A DNA stretch of 64,000 nt from Octopus sinensis (lineage: Eukaryota): assembly GCF_006345805.1 (NCBI RefSeq), contig NC_043014.1:6014001-6078000 (forward strand), read 5' to 3'. A model generated the notes under the pieces. That model was not told the origin of the DNA, searched no databases, and worked only from the letters and a program-made list of their open reading frames with translations. Shown piece after piece: positions 60,510-64,000 of this stretch. Position numbers and translations under genes: made by a program. Numbering within the stretch: the stretch's first letter is position 1; each line of letters opens with the position of its first letter.

Positions 60510-60720
60510 GTTTTATTTCTCTTGCTTGTTTCAGTCATTTGACTGCGGCCATGCAGGATCACCGCCTTTAGTAGAGCAAATCGCCCCCAGGACTTATTCT
60601 TTGTAAGCCTAGTAGTTATTCTATCGGTCTCCTTTGCCGAACCACCAAGCTACGATGATATATACACACCACCATCCGTTGTCAAGTGATGTTGGAGGTA
60701 AAAAACATAGACAAACAAAC
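60510..60720 (-). mobile_element. SINE-B 3' half
   Basis: Homology to other copies. Confidence 0.7.
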
Positions 60721-60792
60721 ATATGCATACACATACATCTATACACACACACAATATATAATATATATATTATATTATATATATTTATATAT

Positions 60793-60865
<73 letters not shown>

Positions 60866-61580
60866 GATATATATATTATGTATGTATATATATATGTATA
60901 TATGTATATATATGTGTGTATATATATGCATATATATATATATGACCATATCATGAACCTAATGCTAACTTGAAATATATTCATTCTAATAATCTTCCTA
61001 AATCAATTACACATTTTGGGTTAAAATATTCCAAGACGAATTTCAATTTTAACTTCTAATGAGGAAATTTTCAATAGTAATGCTGAATACTATAAAGATA
61101 CCCCTTTAATAAAGCGCAAAGGATAAAGACAATAAAAATTATATTAATACTAAATCTGTACACAACAGTTTGGGTAAATCTATTTTAATAATAATAATAA
61201 TAACAACAACAATAATAATAATAATAATAATAATAATGATAATAATAATAATAATAATAACAACAACAACAACAACAACAACATCATCAACAACAACAAC
61301 AACAACAATAATAATAATAATAAATTTCAATTTAACGTTATAAAATATAGCTCATATGTTAATTTGGATAAGTCTCATAATAAAAAAAACACATTTGATA
61401 AAAGTAAAATACTTGGTTTAATATTTCTTTTGTAAGACAAATGCAAGCGAATTTGGTGAAATCGTTTTACAGATCTCTATCTTAATATTTTAATAAGGAA
61501 AATATGTATGATAAAATAATACTAAAACGGTTAAAATTGTTTTCGGATCATCTAAAACCTTACTTAGAATTATATCGATA

Positions 61581-61973
61581 TCTATATATATAAAACTGTA
61601 GTTGTGTGAGTGTCTGTCCCCTTCCATTTAGATTCCTAACTACTCCCACATATTGCGGTGCAGTTTAACCAAAACCGGGTATCTTATAGTCGTGATTCAT
61701 ATCGAGCCCTTCTGGGTATTAGCGCGCGTCTACGATGAGTCTACGAATTAAAAAATAATTTACCATCATTTTTTTCCATTTTCATGCATATTTTTTGAAA
61801 GGGAAGTAACTCTCTAAAAATGTCTACGATGAGTCAACGATTTTTAAAAACATTTACCGTCATATTTTTTCCATTTTTAAAGTATTTTTGGCTATTTTTT
61901 GCCTATAACTCTCTAAAAATGCTGTATAGTTATTTCCCTTACAAACCCGAGCAATGCCGGGCGATACTGCTAG
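61581..61973 (+). mobile_element. Helitron family H, duplication variant
   Basis: A|TC...CTAG|T termini. Confidence 0.85.
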
Positions 61974-62556
61974 TTCTTTTATAGTAATAGAAATATTAAT
62001 ACTTCCATTATAATAATAATGGACCTAATCGAAATCGTGTAACTAGAAGTTGTAATTGTAGGCTAAATGTTACTTCAATAATGTTTGAATCCAAGTAGAA
62101 ATCTGAAGGAAAGTTTTATTTTTATATTGGGTCGAACGAAAATTTCATTAAACGACATATCGCAAACCATGAATACATTTATTGAAGCAGAAATAAGTTG
62201 TGTAGCACCAGTCTAATTAAATTTATATTTAAGCTAAAGAATATTAATAAATTGTATAAGCTTAAATGAAAAATACTTCGTTATACATCTTATAAAATTG
62301 CTGATAATAGATGTAACTTGGGTGTGGAGGAAAGATATCAAATTTTAACATAAAAAAGAACTTGTTTTATCTTGTAAACACTCTTCAAAATATGTGTTTT
62401 TATCTTGTAAACACTCTTCAAAATATGCGTACAGAAAATATAATTAATTTCATTTGATTATGTGGAGGATTATTGGGTATTAAAGCATAAACTGTTTTTC
62501 ATAATTAAATGTTAAATTGCTACATAATCATTAGAATGAATGTATATTATATATAA

Positions 62557-62642
<86 letters not shown>

Positions 62643-62738
62643 CATATCTGTATATATGCAGATGCATGTATGTATATCTATATAACTAGTTTTAGATTTG
62701 TGATTTTTATATGTATATGTATGTGTGTATATAATGTA

Positions 62739-62780
<42 letters not shown>

Positions 62781-62799
62781 GTATGTAAATTTATTATTA

Positions 62800-62873
<74 letters not shown>

Positions 62874-63263
62874 TAGTAAATTGATTAGAATCATTTATTT
62901 ATTATGAATATTTTATTAAGTAATATAATACTAAATATTTATTAATCTAAAAGTTTATTGTGAGTAAATTATCTTATAATAACATTTATTTATAATAACA
63001 CAAATTCCATTATGCTATAATATAATTCTATATTAGCCATAATTATTTTAAATAGTGTGTTTTAAATTTGTAAGAATTACAATTATAATTATAGATTCAT
63101 TCTTAATTTTACGTTTGTTTTATAGATGCATTTATTTTTATATATATTTATCTCAATGTATATGCAAGTATATTTGTATAATATATGTATATCTGCCTTC
63201 ATGTATATATATGTATGTATGTATGTACATCTCTCTCTCTCTATATATATATATATATGTACA

Positions 63264-63302
<39 letters not shown>

Positions 63303-63331
63303 CTATATATATATATATATATATATGTACA

Positions 63332-63386
<55 letters not shown>

Positions 63387-64000
63387 ATATATATATGTAT
63401 ATACTTATATATATATATATATATACATATACACATATATGTGTGTGTGTGCCTATATAAATGGAAAAATAAGAAAGTGGAGATAAAATTGATAATTCAT
63501 AAACATCAATTATATTTATTGATTACAAAACAAACAATATTTCATCTATTTTGTGCATAATTAGGCATAACTCTTACAATAATAATAATTATGACAGTGA
63601 ATAATTATACCAGCTTAAATAGTGGATCTTCATGAGAGCGGGAAAAGAAAGAAAAAGAAAAGAAAAAGAAAGAGAAAAAGAGAAAATTAGGATATACCAA
63701 TTAACGCTACATGCTATCCCTCTGAAAACCTTTCGACCGACTGGAAAATTTAGTTACAGAATTAAAATAGTTATAATAATCAGTAGTACATACTTATATA
63801 GAGGGTGGGCGAGGATTTACTACCGACGTAAGTTGAATATATAATATTGTCGGAGTATTTTGATTAGGTCATAAGTTGAAAAATCAATGTACCGCGAGTT
63901 ACGGAACTTAATATGAAGACAGTTAACCATAAGTTATTTATCGATATACATATATATATGAAAATACTTGCACACACACACACACACACACAAACACACA

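Noticed and set aside
63765-63830. Possible exon 3 paralogue (…TYLYRGWARIYYR, GTAAGT donor)
   Set aside because: It lacks the RWG..TCP motif and has a weak acceptor; the resemblance is probably chance.

Overview
AT-rich, microsatellite- and transposon-dense eukaryotic DNA. The repeat families resemble those of Octopus/coleoid cephalopods (inference from recall, not a search). Only one host protein-coding gene is supported: a 4-exon + strand gene, join(14501..14644,26611..26659,31123..31197,37704..38206), 771 nt, 256 aa. It encodes an N-terminal hydrophobic anchor, a short stalk and a cysteine-rich short-chain collagen C4-like (spongin short-chain collagen NC1) domain, but has no Gly-X-Y repeat. 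A stray paralogue of its exon 2 lies at 8300-8351. Nearly everything else is mobile-element debris: L1/Tx1, CR1, RTE and R4/Dong-type LINE pieces, Penelope-like elements with hammerhead-like motifs, at least four tRNA-headed SINE families, seven copies of one non-autonomous Helitron family, Buster-hAT, Tigger and piggyBac-like relics, and MITEs. The most unusual structure is a SINE that recurs as one tRNA-like head followed by 1-8 head-to-tail 184-bp bodies joined at fixed microhomologies. Most ORFs in the supplied track are microsatellite read-throughs. There is a 100-N assembly gap at 60272-60371.
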